Of a DNA stretch of 64,000 bases, positions 38,961 through 53,900 are shown piece by piece. The stretch lies in contig OZ024741.1 in assembly GCA_964016885.1 (NCBI GenBank), positions 145,948,001-146,012,000 of the forward strand, given 5' to 3'. Source of the DNA: Eledone cirrhosa (Eukaryota). The position numbers and the translations under genes were made by a program. The notes beneath the pieces were generated by a model. That model ran no database searches. It was not told the DNA's origin and saw nothing but the letters and a program-made list of their open reading frames with translations. Numbering within the stretch: the first letter of the stretch is position 1; each line of letters begins with the position of its first letter.

Positions 38961-41900
38961 AGTACAGATCTCTATCATGTCTGGTAGTCTAGTGATCCTC
39001 ACTGCAGTAATACCTCCATCATATGGCTGGTATTCTAGTGATCCTCACTTCAGTACATAACTCCATCATATATCTGGTAGTCTAGTGATCCTCACTTCAG
39101 TACAGACCTCCATCATATGGCTGGTAGTCTAGTGATACAGACCTCCATCATATGGCTGGTAGTCTAGTGATACTCACTTCAGTACAGACCTCCATCATAT
39201 GGCTGGTAGACTAGTGATACTCACTTCAGTACAGACCTCCATCATATGGCTGGTAGTCTAGTGATCCTCACTGCAGTACAGACCTCCATCATATGTCTGG
39301 TAGTCTAGTGATCCTCACTTCAGTACAGACCTCCATCATATGGCTGGTTGTCTAGTGATCCTCACTTCAGTACAGACCTCCATCATATGGCTGGTTGTCT
39401 AGTGATCCAAACTTCAGTAATACCTCCATCATATGTCTGGTAGTCTAGTGATCCTCACTTCAGTACAGACCTCCATCATATGGCTGGTAGTCTAGTGATC
39501 CTCACTTCAGTACAGACCTCCATCATATGTCTGGTAGTCTAGTGATCCTCACTTCAGTACAGACCTCCATCATATGTCTGGTAGTCTAGTGATCCTCACT
39601 TCAGTAATACCTCCATCATATGTCTGGTAGTCTAGTGATCCTCACTTCAGTACAGTCCTCCATCATATGTCTGGTAGTCTAGTGATCCTCACTTCAGTAC
39701 AGACCTCCATCATATGGCTGGTAGTCTAGTGATCCTCACTTCAGTACAGACCTCCATCATATGTCTGGTAGTCTAGTGATCCTCACTTCAGTACAGACCT
39801 CCATCATATGTCTGGTAGTCTAGTGATCCTCACTTCAGTAATACCTCCATCATATGGCTGGTAGTCTAGTGATCCTCACTTCAGTACAGTCCTCCATCAT
39901 ATGGCTGGTAGTCTAGTGATACTCACTTCAGTACATACCTCCATCATATGTCTGGTAGTCTAGTGATCCTCACTTCAGTAATACCTCCATCATATGTCTG
40001 GTAGTCTAGTGATCCTCACTTCAGTAATACCTCCATCATATGGCTGGTAGTCTAGTGATCCTCACTTCAGTACAGTCCTCCATCATATGGCTGGTAGTCT
40101 AGTGATACTCACTTCAGTACAGACCTACATCATATGGCTGGTAGTCTAGTGATCCTCACTTCAGTAATACCTCCATCATATGTCTGGTAGTCTAGTGATC
40201 CTCACTTCAGTACAGACCTCCATCATATGTCTGGTAGTCTAGTGATCCTCACTTCAGTACAGACCTCCATCATATGTCTGGTAGTCTAGTGATACTCACT
40301 TCAGTAATACCTCCATCATATGGCTGGTAGTCTAGTGATACTCACTTCAGTACATACCTCCATCATATGTCTGGTAGTCTAGTGATCCTAACTTCAGTAC
40401 AGACCTCCATCATATGGCTGGTCGTCTAGTGATCCTCACTTCAGTACAGACCTCCATCATATGGCTGGTAGACTAGTGATACTCACTTCAGTACAGACCT
40501 CCATCATATGTCTGGTAGTCTAGTGATCCTCACTTCAGTACAGACCTCCATCATATGGCTGGTTGTCTAGTGATCCTCACTTCAGTACAGACCTCCATCA
40601 TATGGCTGGTTGTCTAGTGATCCTCACTTCAGTACAGACCTCCATCATATGTCTGGTAGTCTAGTGATCCTCACTTCAGTACAGACCTCCATCATATGTC
40701 TGGTAGTCTAGTGATCCTCACTTCAGTAATACCTCCATCATATGTCTGGTAGTCTAGTGATCCTCACTTCAGTACAGACCTCCATCATATGGCTGGTTGT
40801 CTAGTGATCCTCACTTCAGTAATACCTCCATCATATGTCTGGTAGCCTAGTGATCCTCACTTCAGTACAGACCTCCATCATATGTCTGGTAGTCTAGTGA
40901 TCCTCACTTCAGTACAGACCTCCATCATATGTCTGGTAGTCTAGTGATCCTCACTTCAGTAATACCTCCATCATATGGCTGGTAGTCTAGTGATCCTCAC
41001 TTCAGTACAGTCCTCCATCATATGGCTGGTAGTCTAGTGATACTCACTTCAGTACATACCTCCATCATATGTCTGGTAGTCTAGTGATCCTCACTTCAGT
41101 AATACCTCCATCATATGTCTGGTAGTCTAGTGATCCTCACTTCAGTAATACCTCCATCATATGGCTGGTAGTCTAGTGATCCTCACTTCAGTACAGTCCT
41201 CCATCATATGGCTGGTAGTCTAGTGATACTCACTTCAGTACATACCTCCATCATATGTCTGGTAGTCTAGTGATCCTCACTTCAGTACAGACCTCCATCA
41301 TATGTCTGGTAGTCTAGTGATCCTCACTTCAGTACAGACCTCCATCATATGTCTGGTAGTCTAGTGATACTCACTTCAGTAATACCTCCATCATATGGCT
41401 GGTAGTCTAGTGATACTCACTTCAGTACATACCTCCATCATATGTCTGGTAGTCTAGTGATCCTAACTTCAGTACAGACCTCCATCATATGGCTGGTAGT
41501 CTAGTGATCCTCACTTCAGTACAGACCTCCATCATATGGCTGGTTGTCTAGTGATCCTCACTTCAGTAAATACCTCCATCATATGGCTGGTAGTCTAGTG
41601 ATCCTCACTTCAGTAATACCTCCATCATATGGCTGGTAGTCTAGTGATCCTCACTTCAGTAATACCTCCATCATATAGCTGGTAGTCTAGTGATCCTAAC
41701 TTCAGTACAGACCTCCATCATATGTCTGGTAGTCTAGTGATCCTCACTTCAGTAATACCTCCATCATATGGCTGGTAGTCTAGTGATCCTCACTTCAGTA
41801 ATACCTCCATCATATGGCTGGTAGTCTAGTGATCCTCACTTCAGTAATACCTCCATCATATGGCTGGTAGTCTAGTGATCCTCACTTCAGTAATACCTCC

Positions 41901-44900
41901 ATCATATGGCTGGTAGTCTAGTGATCCTCACTTCAGTAATACCTCCATCATATGTCTGGTAGTCTAGTGATCCTCACTTCAGTACAGACCTCCATCATAT
42001 GGCTGGTAGTCTAGTGATACTCACTTCAGTACATACCTCCATCATATGGCTGGTTGTCTAGTGATCCTCACTTCAGTAATACCTCCATCATATGTCTGAT
42101 AGTCTAGTGATCCTCACTTCAGTAATACCTCCATCATATGTCTGGTTGTCTAGTGATCCTCACTTCAGTACAGACCTCCATCATATGGCTGGTTGTCTAG
42201 TGATCCTCACTTCAGTAAATACCTCCATCATATGGCTGGTAGTCTAGTGATCCTCACTTCAGTAATACCTCCATCATATGGCTGGTTGTCTAGTGATCAT
42301 CACTTCAGTAATACCTCCATCATATGGCTGGTAGTCTAGTGATCCTCACTTCAGTAATACCTCCATCATATGGCTGGTAGTCTAGTGATCTTCACTTCAG
42401 TACAGACCTCCATCATATGTCTGGTTGTCTAGTGATCCTCACTTCAGTAATACCTCCATCATATGGCTGGAAGTCTAGTGATCTTCACTTCAGTACAGTC
42501 CTCCATCATATGTCTGGTAGTCTAGTGATCCCCACTTCAGTACAGACCTCCATCATATGGCTGCTAGTCTAGTGATCCTCACTTCAGTAATACCTCCATC
42601 ATATGTCTGGTAGTCTAGTGATCCTCACTTCAGTACAGACCTCCATCATATGTCTGGTAGACTAGTGATCCTCACTTCAGTAATACCTCCATCATATGTC
42701 TGGTAGTCTAGTGATCCTCACTTCAGTACAGTCCTCCATCATATGGCTGGTTGTCTAGTGATCCTCACTTCAGTAATACCTCCATCATATGTCTGATAGT
42801 CTAGTGATCCTCACTTCAGTAATACCTCCATCATATGTCTGGTTGTCTAGTGATCCTCACTTCAGTACAGACCTCCATCATATGGCTGGTTGTCTAGTGA
42901 TCCTCACTTCAGTAAATACCTCCATCATATGGCTGGTAGTCTAGTGATCCTCACTTCAGTAATACCTCCATCATATGGCTGGTTGTCTAGTGATCATCAC
43001 TTCAGTAATACCTCCATCATATGGCTGGTAGTCTAGTGATCCTCACTTCAGTAATACCTCCATCATATGGCTGGTAGTCTAGTGATCTTCACTTCAGTAC
43101 AGACCTCCATCATATGTCTGGTTGTCTAGTGATCCTCACTTCAGTAATACCTCCATCATATGGCTGGAAGTCTAGTGATCTTCACTTCAGTACAGTCCTC
43201 CATCATATGTCTGGTAGTCTAGTGATCCCCACTTCAGTACAGACCTCCATCATATGGCTGGTAGTCTAGTGATCCTCACTTCAGTAATACCTCCATCATA
43301 TGTCTGGTAGTCTAGTGATCCTCACTTCAGTACAGACCTCCATCATATGTCTGGTAGACTAGTGATCCTCACTTCAGTAATACCTCCATCATATGTCTGG
43401 TAGTCTAGTGATCCTCACTTCAGTACAGTCCTCCATCATATGTCTGGTTGTCTAGTGATCCTCACTTCAGTACAGACCTCCATCATATGTCTTGTAGTCT
43501 AGTGATCCTCACTTCAGTACAGACCTCCATCATATGTCTGGTAGTCTAGTGATCCTCACTTCAGTACAGACCTCCATCATATGTCTGGTAGACTAGTGAT
43601 CCTCACTTCAGTAATACCTCCATCATATGTCTGGTAGTCTAGTGATCCTCACTTCAGTACAGTCCTCCATCATATGTCTGGTAGTCTAGTGATCCTCACT
43701 TCAGTACAGACCTCCATCATATGTCTGGTAGTCTAGTGATCCTCACTTCAGTACAGTCCTCCATCATATGTCTGGTAGTCTAGTGATCCTCACTTCAGTA
43801 CAGACCTCCATCATATGTCTGGTAGTCTAGTGATCCTCACTTCAGTACAGACCTCCATCATATGTCTGGTAGTCTAGTGATCCTCACTTCAGTACAGTCC
43901 TCCATCATATGTCTGGTAGTCTAGTGATCCTCACTTCAGTACAGACCTCCATCATATGTCTGGTAGTCTAGTGATCTTCACTTCAGTACAGACCTCCATC
44001 ATATGCCTGGTAGACTAGTGATCCTCACTTCAGTAATACCTCCATCATATGGCTGGTAGTCTAGTGATCCTCACTTCAGTAATACCTCCATCATATGGCT
44101 GGTAGTCTAGTGATCCTCACTTCAGTAATAGCTCCATCATATGTCTGGTAGTCTAGTGATCTTCACTTCAGTAATAGCTCCATCATATGTCTGGTAGTCT
44201 AGTGATCCTCACTTCAGTACAGACCTCCATCATATGTCTGGTAGTCTAGTGATCCTCACTTCAGTAATACCTCCATCATATGCCTGGTAGTCTAGTGATC
44301 CTTACTCCAGTAATACCTCCATCATATGTCTGGTAGTCTAGTGATCCTCACTTCAGTAATACCTCCATCATATGGCTGGTAGTCTAGTGATCCTCACTCC
44401 AGTAATACCTCCATCATATGTCTGGTAGTCTAGTGATCCTCACTTCAGTACAGACCTCCATCATATGGCTGGTAGTCTAGTGATCCTCACTTCAGTAAAG
44501 ACCTCCATCATATGTCTGGTAGTCTAGTGATCCTCACTTCAGTAATACCTCCATCATATGGCTGGTAGTCTAGTGATCCTCACTTCAGTAATATCTCCAT
44601 CATATGGCTGGTAGTCTAGTGATCCTCACTTCAGTAATACCTCCATCATATGGCTGGTAGTCTAGTGATCCTCACTTCAGTAATACCTCCATCATATGGC
44701 TGGTTGTCTATTGATCCTTACTTCAGTAATACCTCCATTATATGGCTGGTTGTCTAGTGATCCTCACTTCAGTAATACCTCCATCATATGACTGGTTGTC
44801 TAGTGATCCTCACTTCAGTACAGACCTCCATCATATGTCTGGTAGTCTAGTGATCCTCACTTCAGTACAGACCTCCATCATATGGCTGGTAGTCTAGTGA

Positions 44901-47900
44901 TCCTCACTTCAGTAATACCTCCATCGTATGGCTGGTAGTCTAGTGATCCTTACTTCAGTAATACCTCCATTATATGGCTGGTTGTCTAGTGATCCTCACT
45001 TCAGTAATACCTCCATCATATGACTGGTTGTCTAGTGATCCTCACTTCAGTACAGACCTCCATCATATGTCTGGTAGTCTAGTGATCCTCACTTCAGTAC
45101 AGACCTCCATCATATGGCTGGTTGTCTAGTGATCCTCACTTCAGTACATACCTCCATCATATGGCTGGTAGTCTAGTGATCCTCACTTCAGTAATACCTC
45201 CATCATATGGCTGGTAGTCTAGTGATCCTCACTTCAGTAATACCTCCATCATATGGCTGGTAGTCTAGTGATCCTCACTTCAGTAATACCTCCATCATAT
45301 GGCTGGTTGTCTATTGATACTTACTTCAGTAATACCTCCATCATATGGCTGGTATTCTAGTGATCCTCACTTCAGTAATACCTTCATCATATGTCTGGTA
45401 GTCTAGTGATCCTCACTTCAGTACAGACCTCCATCATATGGCTGGTTGTCTAGTGATCCTCACTTCAGTACAGACCTCCATCATATGTCTGGTAGTCTAG
45501 TGATCCTCACTTCAGTACATACCTCCATCATATGTCTGGTTGTCTAGTGATCCTCACTTCAGTAATACCTCCATCATATGTTTGGTAGTCTAGTGATCCT
45601 CACTTCAGTAATACCTCCATCATATGGCTGATTGTCTAGTGATCCTCACTTCCGTACAGACCTCCATCATATGGCTGGTAGTCTAGTGATCTTCAATTCA
45701 GTAATACCTCCATCATATGTCTGATAGTCTAGTGATCCTCACTTCAGTACAGACCTCCATCATATGTCTGGTAGTCTAGTGATCCTCACTTCAGTACAGA
45801 CCTACATCATATGTCTGGTAGTCTAGTGATCCTCACTTCAGTAATACGTCCATCATATGGCTGGTAGACTAGTGATCCTCACTTCAGTAATACCTCCATC
45901 ATATGGCTGGTAGTCTAGTGATCCTCACTTCAGTAATACCTCCATCATATGTCTGGTAGTCTAGTGATCCTCACTTCAGTACAGACCTCCATCATATGTC
46001 TGGTAGTCTAGTGATCCTCACTTCAGTACATACCTCCATCATATGTCTGGTAGTCTAGTGATCCTCACTTCAGTACATACCTCCATCATATGTCTGGTAG
46101 TCTAGTGATCCTCACTTCAGTAATACCTCCATCATATGGCTGGTAGTCCAGTGATCCTCACTTCAGTAATACCTCCATCATATGGCTGGTAGTGTAGTGA
46201 TCCTCACTTCAGTAATACCTCCATCATATGGCTGGTAGTCTATTGATCCTTACTTCAGTAATACCTCCATCATATGGCTGGTAGTCTATTGATCCTTACT
46301 TCAGTAATACCTCCATCATATGTCTGGTAGTCTAGTGATCCTTACTCCAGTAATACCTCCATCATAGGTCTGGTAGTCTAGTGATCCTCACTTCAGTAAT
46401 ACCTCCATCATATGTCTGGTAGTCTAGTGATCCTCACTTCAGTACAGAACTCCATCATATGGCTGGTTGTCTAGTGATCCTTACTTCAGTAATACCTCCA
46501 TCATATGTCTGGTAGTCTAGCTATCCTCACTTCAGTAATACCTCCATCATATGGCTGGTAGTCCAGTGATCCTCACTTCTGTAATACTTCCATCATATGG
46601 CTGGTAGTCTAGTGATCCTCACTTCAGTAATACCTCCATCATATGGCTGGTAGTCTAGTGATCCTCACTTCAGTAATACTTCCATCATATGGCTGGTAGT
46701 CTAGTGATCCTCACTTCAGTAATACCTCCATCATATGGCTGGTTGTCTATTGATCCTTACTTCAGTAATACCTCCATCATATGGCTGGTTGTCTAGTGAT
46801 CCTCACTTCAGTAATACCTCCATCATATGGCTGGTTGTCTATTGATCCTTACTTCAGTAATACCTCCATCATATGGCTGGTTGTCTAGTGATCCTCACTT
46901 CAGTAATACCTCCATCATATGGCTGGTTGTCTAGTGATCCTCACTTCAGTACATACCTCCATCATATGTCTGGTTGTCTAGTGATCCTCACTTCAGTACA
47001 GACCTCCATCATATGGCTGGTAGTCTAGTGATCCTCACTTCAGTACAGACCTCCATCATATGGCTGGTAGTCTAGTGATCCTCACTTCAGTAATACCTCC
47101 ATCATATGGCTGGTTGTCTAGTGATCCTCACTTCAGTACATACCTCCATCATATGTCTGGTAGTCTAGTAATCCTTACTTCAGTAATACCTCCATCATAT
47201 GTCTGGTAGTCTAGTGATCCTCACTTCAGTAATACCTCCATCATATGGCTGGTAGTCTAGTGATCCTCACTTCAGTATATACCTCCATCATATGTCTGGT
47301 AGTCTAGTGATCCTCACTTCAGTATATACCTCCATCATATGTCTGGTAGTCTAGTGATCCTCACTTCAGTACATACCTCCATCATATGTCTGGTAGTCTA
47401 GTGATCCTCACTTCAGTAATACCTCCATCAACTGGCTGGTTGTCTAGTGATCCTCACTTCAGTAATACCTCCATCATATGTCTGGTTGTCTAGTGATCCT
47501 CACTTCAGTACATACCTCCATCATATGTCTGGTTGTCTAGTGATCCTCACTTCAGTAATACCTCCATCATATGGCTGATTGTCTAGTGATCCTCACTTCA
47601 GTAATACCTCCATCATATGTCTGGTTGTCTAGTGATCCTCACTTCAGTAATACCTCCATCATATATCTGGCAGTCTAGTGATCCTCACTTCAGCAATACC
47701 TCCATCATATGGCTGGTAGTCTAGTGATCTTCACTTCAGTACAGACCTCCATCATATGTCTGGTTGTCTAGTGATCCTCACTTCAGTAATACCTCCATCA
47801 TATGGCTGGTAGTCTAGTGATCTTCACTTCAGTACAGTCCTCCATCATATGTCTGGTAGTCTAGTGATCCTCACTTCAGTACAGACCTCCATCATATGGC

Positions 47901-50900
47901 TGGTAGTCTAGTGATCCTCAATTCAGTAATACCTCCATCATATGTCTGGTAGTCTAGTGATCCTCACTTCAGTACAGACCTCCATCATATGTCTGGTAGT
48001 CTAGTGATCCTCACTTCAGTACAGACCTCCATCATATGGCTGGTAGTCTAGTGATCCTCAATTCAGTAATACCTCCATCATATGTCTGGTAGTCTAGTGA
48101 TACTCACTTCAGTACAGACCTCCATCATATGGCTGGTAGTCTAGTGATCTTCACTTCAGTACAGACCTCCATCATATGTCTGGTTGTCTAGTGATCCTCA
48201 CTTCAGTAATACCTCCATCATATGTCTGGTAGTCTAGTGATCCTCACTTCAGTACAGACCTCCATCATATGTCTGGTAGTCTAGTGATCCTCACTTCAGT
48301 ACAGACCTCCATCATATGGCTGGTAGTCTAGTGATCCTCACTTCAGTAATACCTCCATCATATGTCTGGTAGTCTAGTGATCCTCACTTCAGTAATACCT
48401 CCATCATATGGCTGGTAGTCTAGTGATCCTCACTTCAGTACGGACCACCATCATATGGCTGGTAGTCTAGTGATCCTCACTTCAGTACATAACTCCATCA
48501 TATGTCTGGTAGTCTAGTGATCCTCACTTCAGTACAGACCTCCATCATATACCTGGTAGACTAGTGATCCTCACTTCAGTAATACCTCCATCATATGGCT
48601 GGTAGTCTGGTGATCCTCACTTCAGTAATACCTCCATCATATGGCTGGTAGTCTAGTGATCCTCACTTCAGTACAGACCTCCATCATATGGCTGGTAGTC
48701 TAGTGATCTTCAATTCAGTAATACCTCCATCATATGTCTGGTAGTCTAGTGATCCTCACTTCAGTACATACCTCCATCATATGGCTGGTTGTCTAGTGAT
48801 CCTCACTTCAGTACAGACCTCCATGATATGTCTGGTAGTCTAGTGATCCTCACTTCAGTACAGACCTCCATCATATGGCTGGTAGTCTAGTGATCCTCAC
48901 TTCAGTAATACCTCCATCATATGTCTGGTAGTCTAGTAATCCTCACTTCAGTACAGACCTCCATCATATGGCTGGTAGTCTAGTGATCCTCACTTCTGTA
49001 CGGACCTCCATCATATGTCTGGTAGTCTAGTGATCTTCACTTCAGTACAGACCTCCATCATATGTCTGGTAGTCTAGTGATCCTCACTTCAGTACAGACC
49101 TCCATCATATGTCTGGTAGTCTAGTGATCTTCACTTCAGTACAGACCTCCATCATATGTCTGGTAGTCTAGTGATTCTCACTTCAGTAATACCTCCATCA
49201 TATGGCTGGTAGTCTAGTGATCCTCACTTCAGTAATACCTCCATCATATGGCTGGTAGACTAGTGATCCTCACTTCAGTAATACCTCCATCATATGGCTC
49301 GTAGTCTAGTGATCCTCACTTCAGTAATACCTCCATCATATGTCTGGTAGTCTAGTGATCTTCACTTCAGTACAGACCTCCATCATATGTCTGGTAGTCT
49401 AGTGATCTTCACTTCAGTACAGACCTCCATCATATGTCTGGTAGTCTAGTGATCTTCACTTCAGTACAGACCTCCATCATATGTCTGGTTGTCTAGTGAT
49501 CCTCACTTCAGTACAGACCTCCATCATATGGCTGGTAGTCTAGTGATCTTCACTTCAGTACATACCTCCATCATATGGCTGGTAGTCTAGTGATCTTCAC
49601 TTCAGTACATACCTCCATCATATGGCTGGTAGACTAGTGATACTCACTTCAGTACATACCTCCATCATATGGCTGGTAGACTAGTGATACTCACTTCAGT
49701 ACAGACCTCCATCATATGTCTGGTAGTCTAGTGATCTTCACTTCAGTACAGACCTCCATCATATGTCTGGTAGTCTAGTGATCTTCACTTCAGTACATAC
49801 CTCCATCATATGGCTGGTAGACTAGTGATACTCACTTCAGTACAGACCTCCATCATATGTCTGGTAGTCTAGTGATCTTCACTTCAGTACAGACCTCCAT
49901 CATATGGCTGGTAGTCTAGTGATCCTCACTTCAGTAATACCTCCATCATATGTCTGGTAGTCTAGTGATCCTCACTTCAGTAATACCTCCATCATATGTC
50001 TGGTAGTCTAGTGATCTTCACTTCAGTACATACCTCCATCATATGGCTGGTAGACTAGTGATACTCACTTCAGTACAGACCTCCATCATATGGCTGGTTG
50101 TCTAGTGATCCTCACTTCAGTACAGAACTCCATCATATGGCTGGTAGTCTAGTGATCCTCACTTCAGTACTAACCTCCATCATATGTCTGGTAGTCTAGT
50201 GATCCTCACTTCAGTACAGAACTCCATCATATGGCTGGTAGTCTAGTGATCCTCACTTCAGTACAGACCTCCATCATATGGCTGGTAGTCTAGTGATCCT
50301 CACTTCAGTAATACCTCCATCATATGGCTGGTAGTCTAGTGATCCTTACTCCAGTAATACCTCCATCATATGTCTGGTAGTCTAGTGATCCTCACTTCAG
50401 TACAGACCTCCATCATATGGCTGGTTGTCTAGTGATCCTTACTTCAGTAATACCTCCATCATATGTCTGGTAGTCTAGTGATCCTCACTTCAGTAATACT
50501 TCCATCATATGGCTGGTAGTCTAGTGATCCTCACTTAAGTAATACCTCCATCATATGGCTGGTTGTCTATTGATCCTTACTTCAGTAATACCTCCATCAT
50601 ATGGCTGGTTGTCTAGTGATCCTCACTTCAGTAATACCTCCATCATATGGCTGGTTGTCTAGTGATCCTCACTTCAGTACAGACCTCCATCATATGTCTG
50701 GTAGTCTAGTGATCCTCACTTCAGTACATACCTCCATCATCTGTCTGGTAGTCTAGTGATCCTCACTTAGGTAATACCTCCATCATCTGTCTGGTAGTCT
50801 AGTGATCCTCACTTCAGTAATACCTCCATCATATGGCTGGTTGTCTAGTGATCCTCACTTCAGTAATACCTCCATCATATGTCTGGTAGTCTAGTGATCC

Positions 50901-53900
50901 TCACTTCAGTAATACCTCCATCATATGGCTGGTAGTCTAGTGATCCTCACTTCAGTAATACCTCCATCATATGGCTGGTTGTCTAGTGATCCTCACTTCA
51001 GTACATACCTCCATCATCTGTCTGGTAGTCTAGTGATCCTCACTTAGGTAATACCTCCATCATCTGTCTGGTAGTCTAGTGATCCTCACTTCAGTAATAC
51101 CTCCATCATATGGCTGGTAGTCTAGTGATCCTCACTTCAGTAATACCTCCATCATATGTCTGGTAGTCTAGTAATCCTCACTTCAGTACAGACCTCCATC
51201 ATATGGCTGGTAGTCTAGTGATCTTCACTTCTGTACGGACCTCCATCATATGGCTGGTAGTCTAGTGATCCTCACTTCAGTACAGACCTCCATCATATGT
51301 CTGGTAGTCTAGTGATCCTCACTTCAGTAATACCTCCATCATATGGCTGGTAGTCTAGTGATCCTCACTTCAGTACATAACTCCATCATATGTCTGATAG
51401 TCTAGTGATCCTCACTTCAGTACAGACCTCCATCATATGTCTGGTAGTCTAGTGATCTTCACTTCAGTACAGACCTCCATCATATATCTGGTAGTCTAGT
51501 GATCCTCACTTCAGTACAGACCTCCATCATATGTCTGGTAGTCTAGTGATCCTCACTTCAGTACAGACCTCCATCATATGTCTGGTAGTCTAGTGATCTT
51601 CACTTCAGTACAGACCTCCATCATATATCTGGTAGTCTAGTGATCTTCACTTCAGTACAGACCTCCATCATATGTCTGGTAGTCTAGTGATCCTCACTTC
51701 AGTAATACCTCCATCATATGGCTGGTAGTCTAGTGATCCTCACTTCAGTAATACCTCCATCATATGGCTGGTAGACTAGTGATCCTCACTTCAGTAATAC
51801 CTCCATCATATGGCTCGTAGTCTAGTGATCCTCACTTCAGTAATACCTCCATCATATGTCTGGTAGTCTAGTGATCTTCACTTCAGTACAGACCTCCATC
51901 ATATGTCTGGTAGTCTAGTGATCTTCACTTCAGTACAGACCTCCATCATATGTCTGGTAGTCTAGTGATCTTCACTTCAGTACATACCTCCATCATATGG
52001 CTGGTAGACTAGTGATACTCACTTCAGTACATACCTCCATCATATGGCTGGTAGACTAGTGATACTCACTTCAGTACAGACCTCCATCATATGTCTGGTA
52101 GTCTAGTGATCTTCACTTCAGTACAGACCTCCATCATATGTCTGGTAGTCTAGTGATCTTCACTTCAGTACATACCTCCATCATATGGCTGGTAGACTAG
52201 TGATACTCACTTCAGTACAGACCTCCATCATATGTCTGGTAGTCTAGTGATCTTCACTTCAGTACAGACCTCCATCATATGGCTGGTAGTCTAGTGATCC
52301 TCACTTCAGTAATACCTCCATCATATGTCTGGTAGTCTAGTGATCCTCACTTCAGTAATACCTCCATCATATGGCTGGTTGTCTAGTGATCCTTACTCCA
52401 GTAATACCTCCATCATATGTCTGGTAGTCTAGTGATCCTCACTTCAGTACAGACCTCCATCATATGGCTGGTTGTCTAGTGATCCTTACTTCAGTAATAC
52501 CTCCATCATATGTCTGGTAGTCTAGTGATCCTCACTTCAGTAATACTTCCATCATATGGCTGGTAGTCTAGTGATCCTCACTTCAGTAATACCTCCATCA
52601 TATGGCTGGTTGTCTATTGATCCTTACTTCAGTAATACCTCCATCATATGGCTGGTTGTCTAGTGATCCTCACTTCAGTAATACCTCCATCATATGGCTG
52701 GTTGTCTAGTGATCCTCACTTCAGTACAGACCTCCATCATATGTCTGGTAGTCTAGTGATCCTCACTTCAGTACAGACCTCCATCATATGTCTGGTAGTC
52801 TAGTGATCCTCACTTCAGTAATACCTCCATCATATGGCTGGTAGTCTAGTGATCCTCACTTCAGTAATACCTCCATCATATGGCTGGTTGTCTAGTGATC
52901 CTCACTTCAGTACATACCTCCATCATCTGTCTGGTAGTCTAGTGATCCTCACTTAGGTAATACCTCCATCATCTGTCTGGTAGTCTAGTGATCCTCACTT
53001 CAGTAATACCTCCATCATATGTCTGGTAGTCTAGTAATCCTCACTTCAGTACAGACCTCCATCATATGGCTGGTAGTCTAGTGATCCTCACTTCTGTACG
53101 GACCTCCATCATATGGCTGGTAGTCTAGTGATCCTCACTTCAGTACAGACCTCCATCATATGTCTGGTAGTCTAGTGATCCTCACTTCAGTAATACCTCC
53201 ATCATATGGCTGGTAGTCTAGTGATCCTCACTTCAGTACATAACTCCATCATATGTCTGATAGTCTAGTGATCCTCACTTCAGTACAGACCTCCATCATA
53301 TGGCTGGTAGTCTAGTGATCCTCACTTCAGTAATACCTCCATCATATGGCTGGTAGTCTAGTGATCCTCACTTCAGTACAGACCTCCATCATATGTCTGG
53401 TAGTCTAGTGATCCTCACTTCAGTACAGACCTACATCATATGTCTGGTAGTCTAGTGATCCTCACTTCAGTAATACCTCCATCATATGGCTGGTAGGCTA
53501 GTGATCCTCACTTCAGTAATACCTCCATCATATGGCTGGTAGACTAGTGATCCTCACTTCAGTAATACCTCCATCATATGGCTCGTAGTCTAGTGATCCT
53601 CACTTCAGTAATACCTCCATCATATGTCTGGTAGTCTAGTGATCTTCACTTCAGTACAGACCTCCATCATATGTCTGGTAGTCTAGTGATCTTCACTTCA
53701 GTACAGACCTCCATCATATGTCTGGTAGTCTAGTGATCTTCACTTCAGTACAGACCTCCATCATATGTCTGGTTGTCTAGTGATCCTCACTTCAGTACAG
53801 ACCTCCATCATATGGCTGGTAGTCTAGTGATCTTCACTTCAGTACATACCTCCATCATATGGCTGGTAGTCTAGTGATCTTCACTTCAGTACATACCTCC

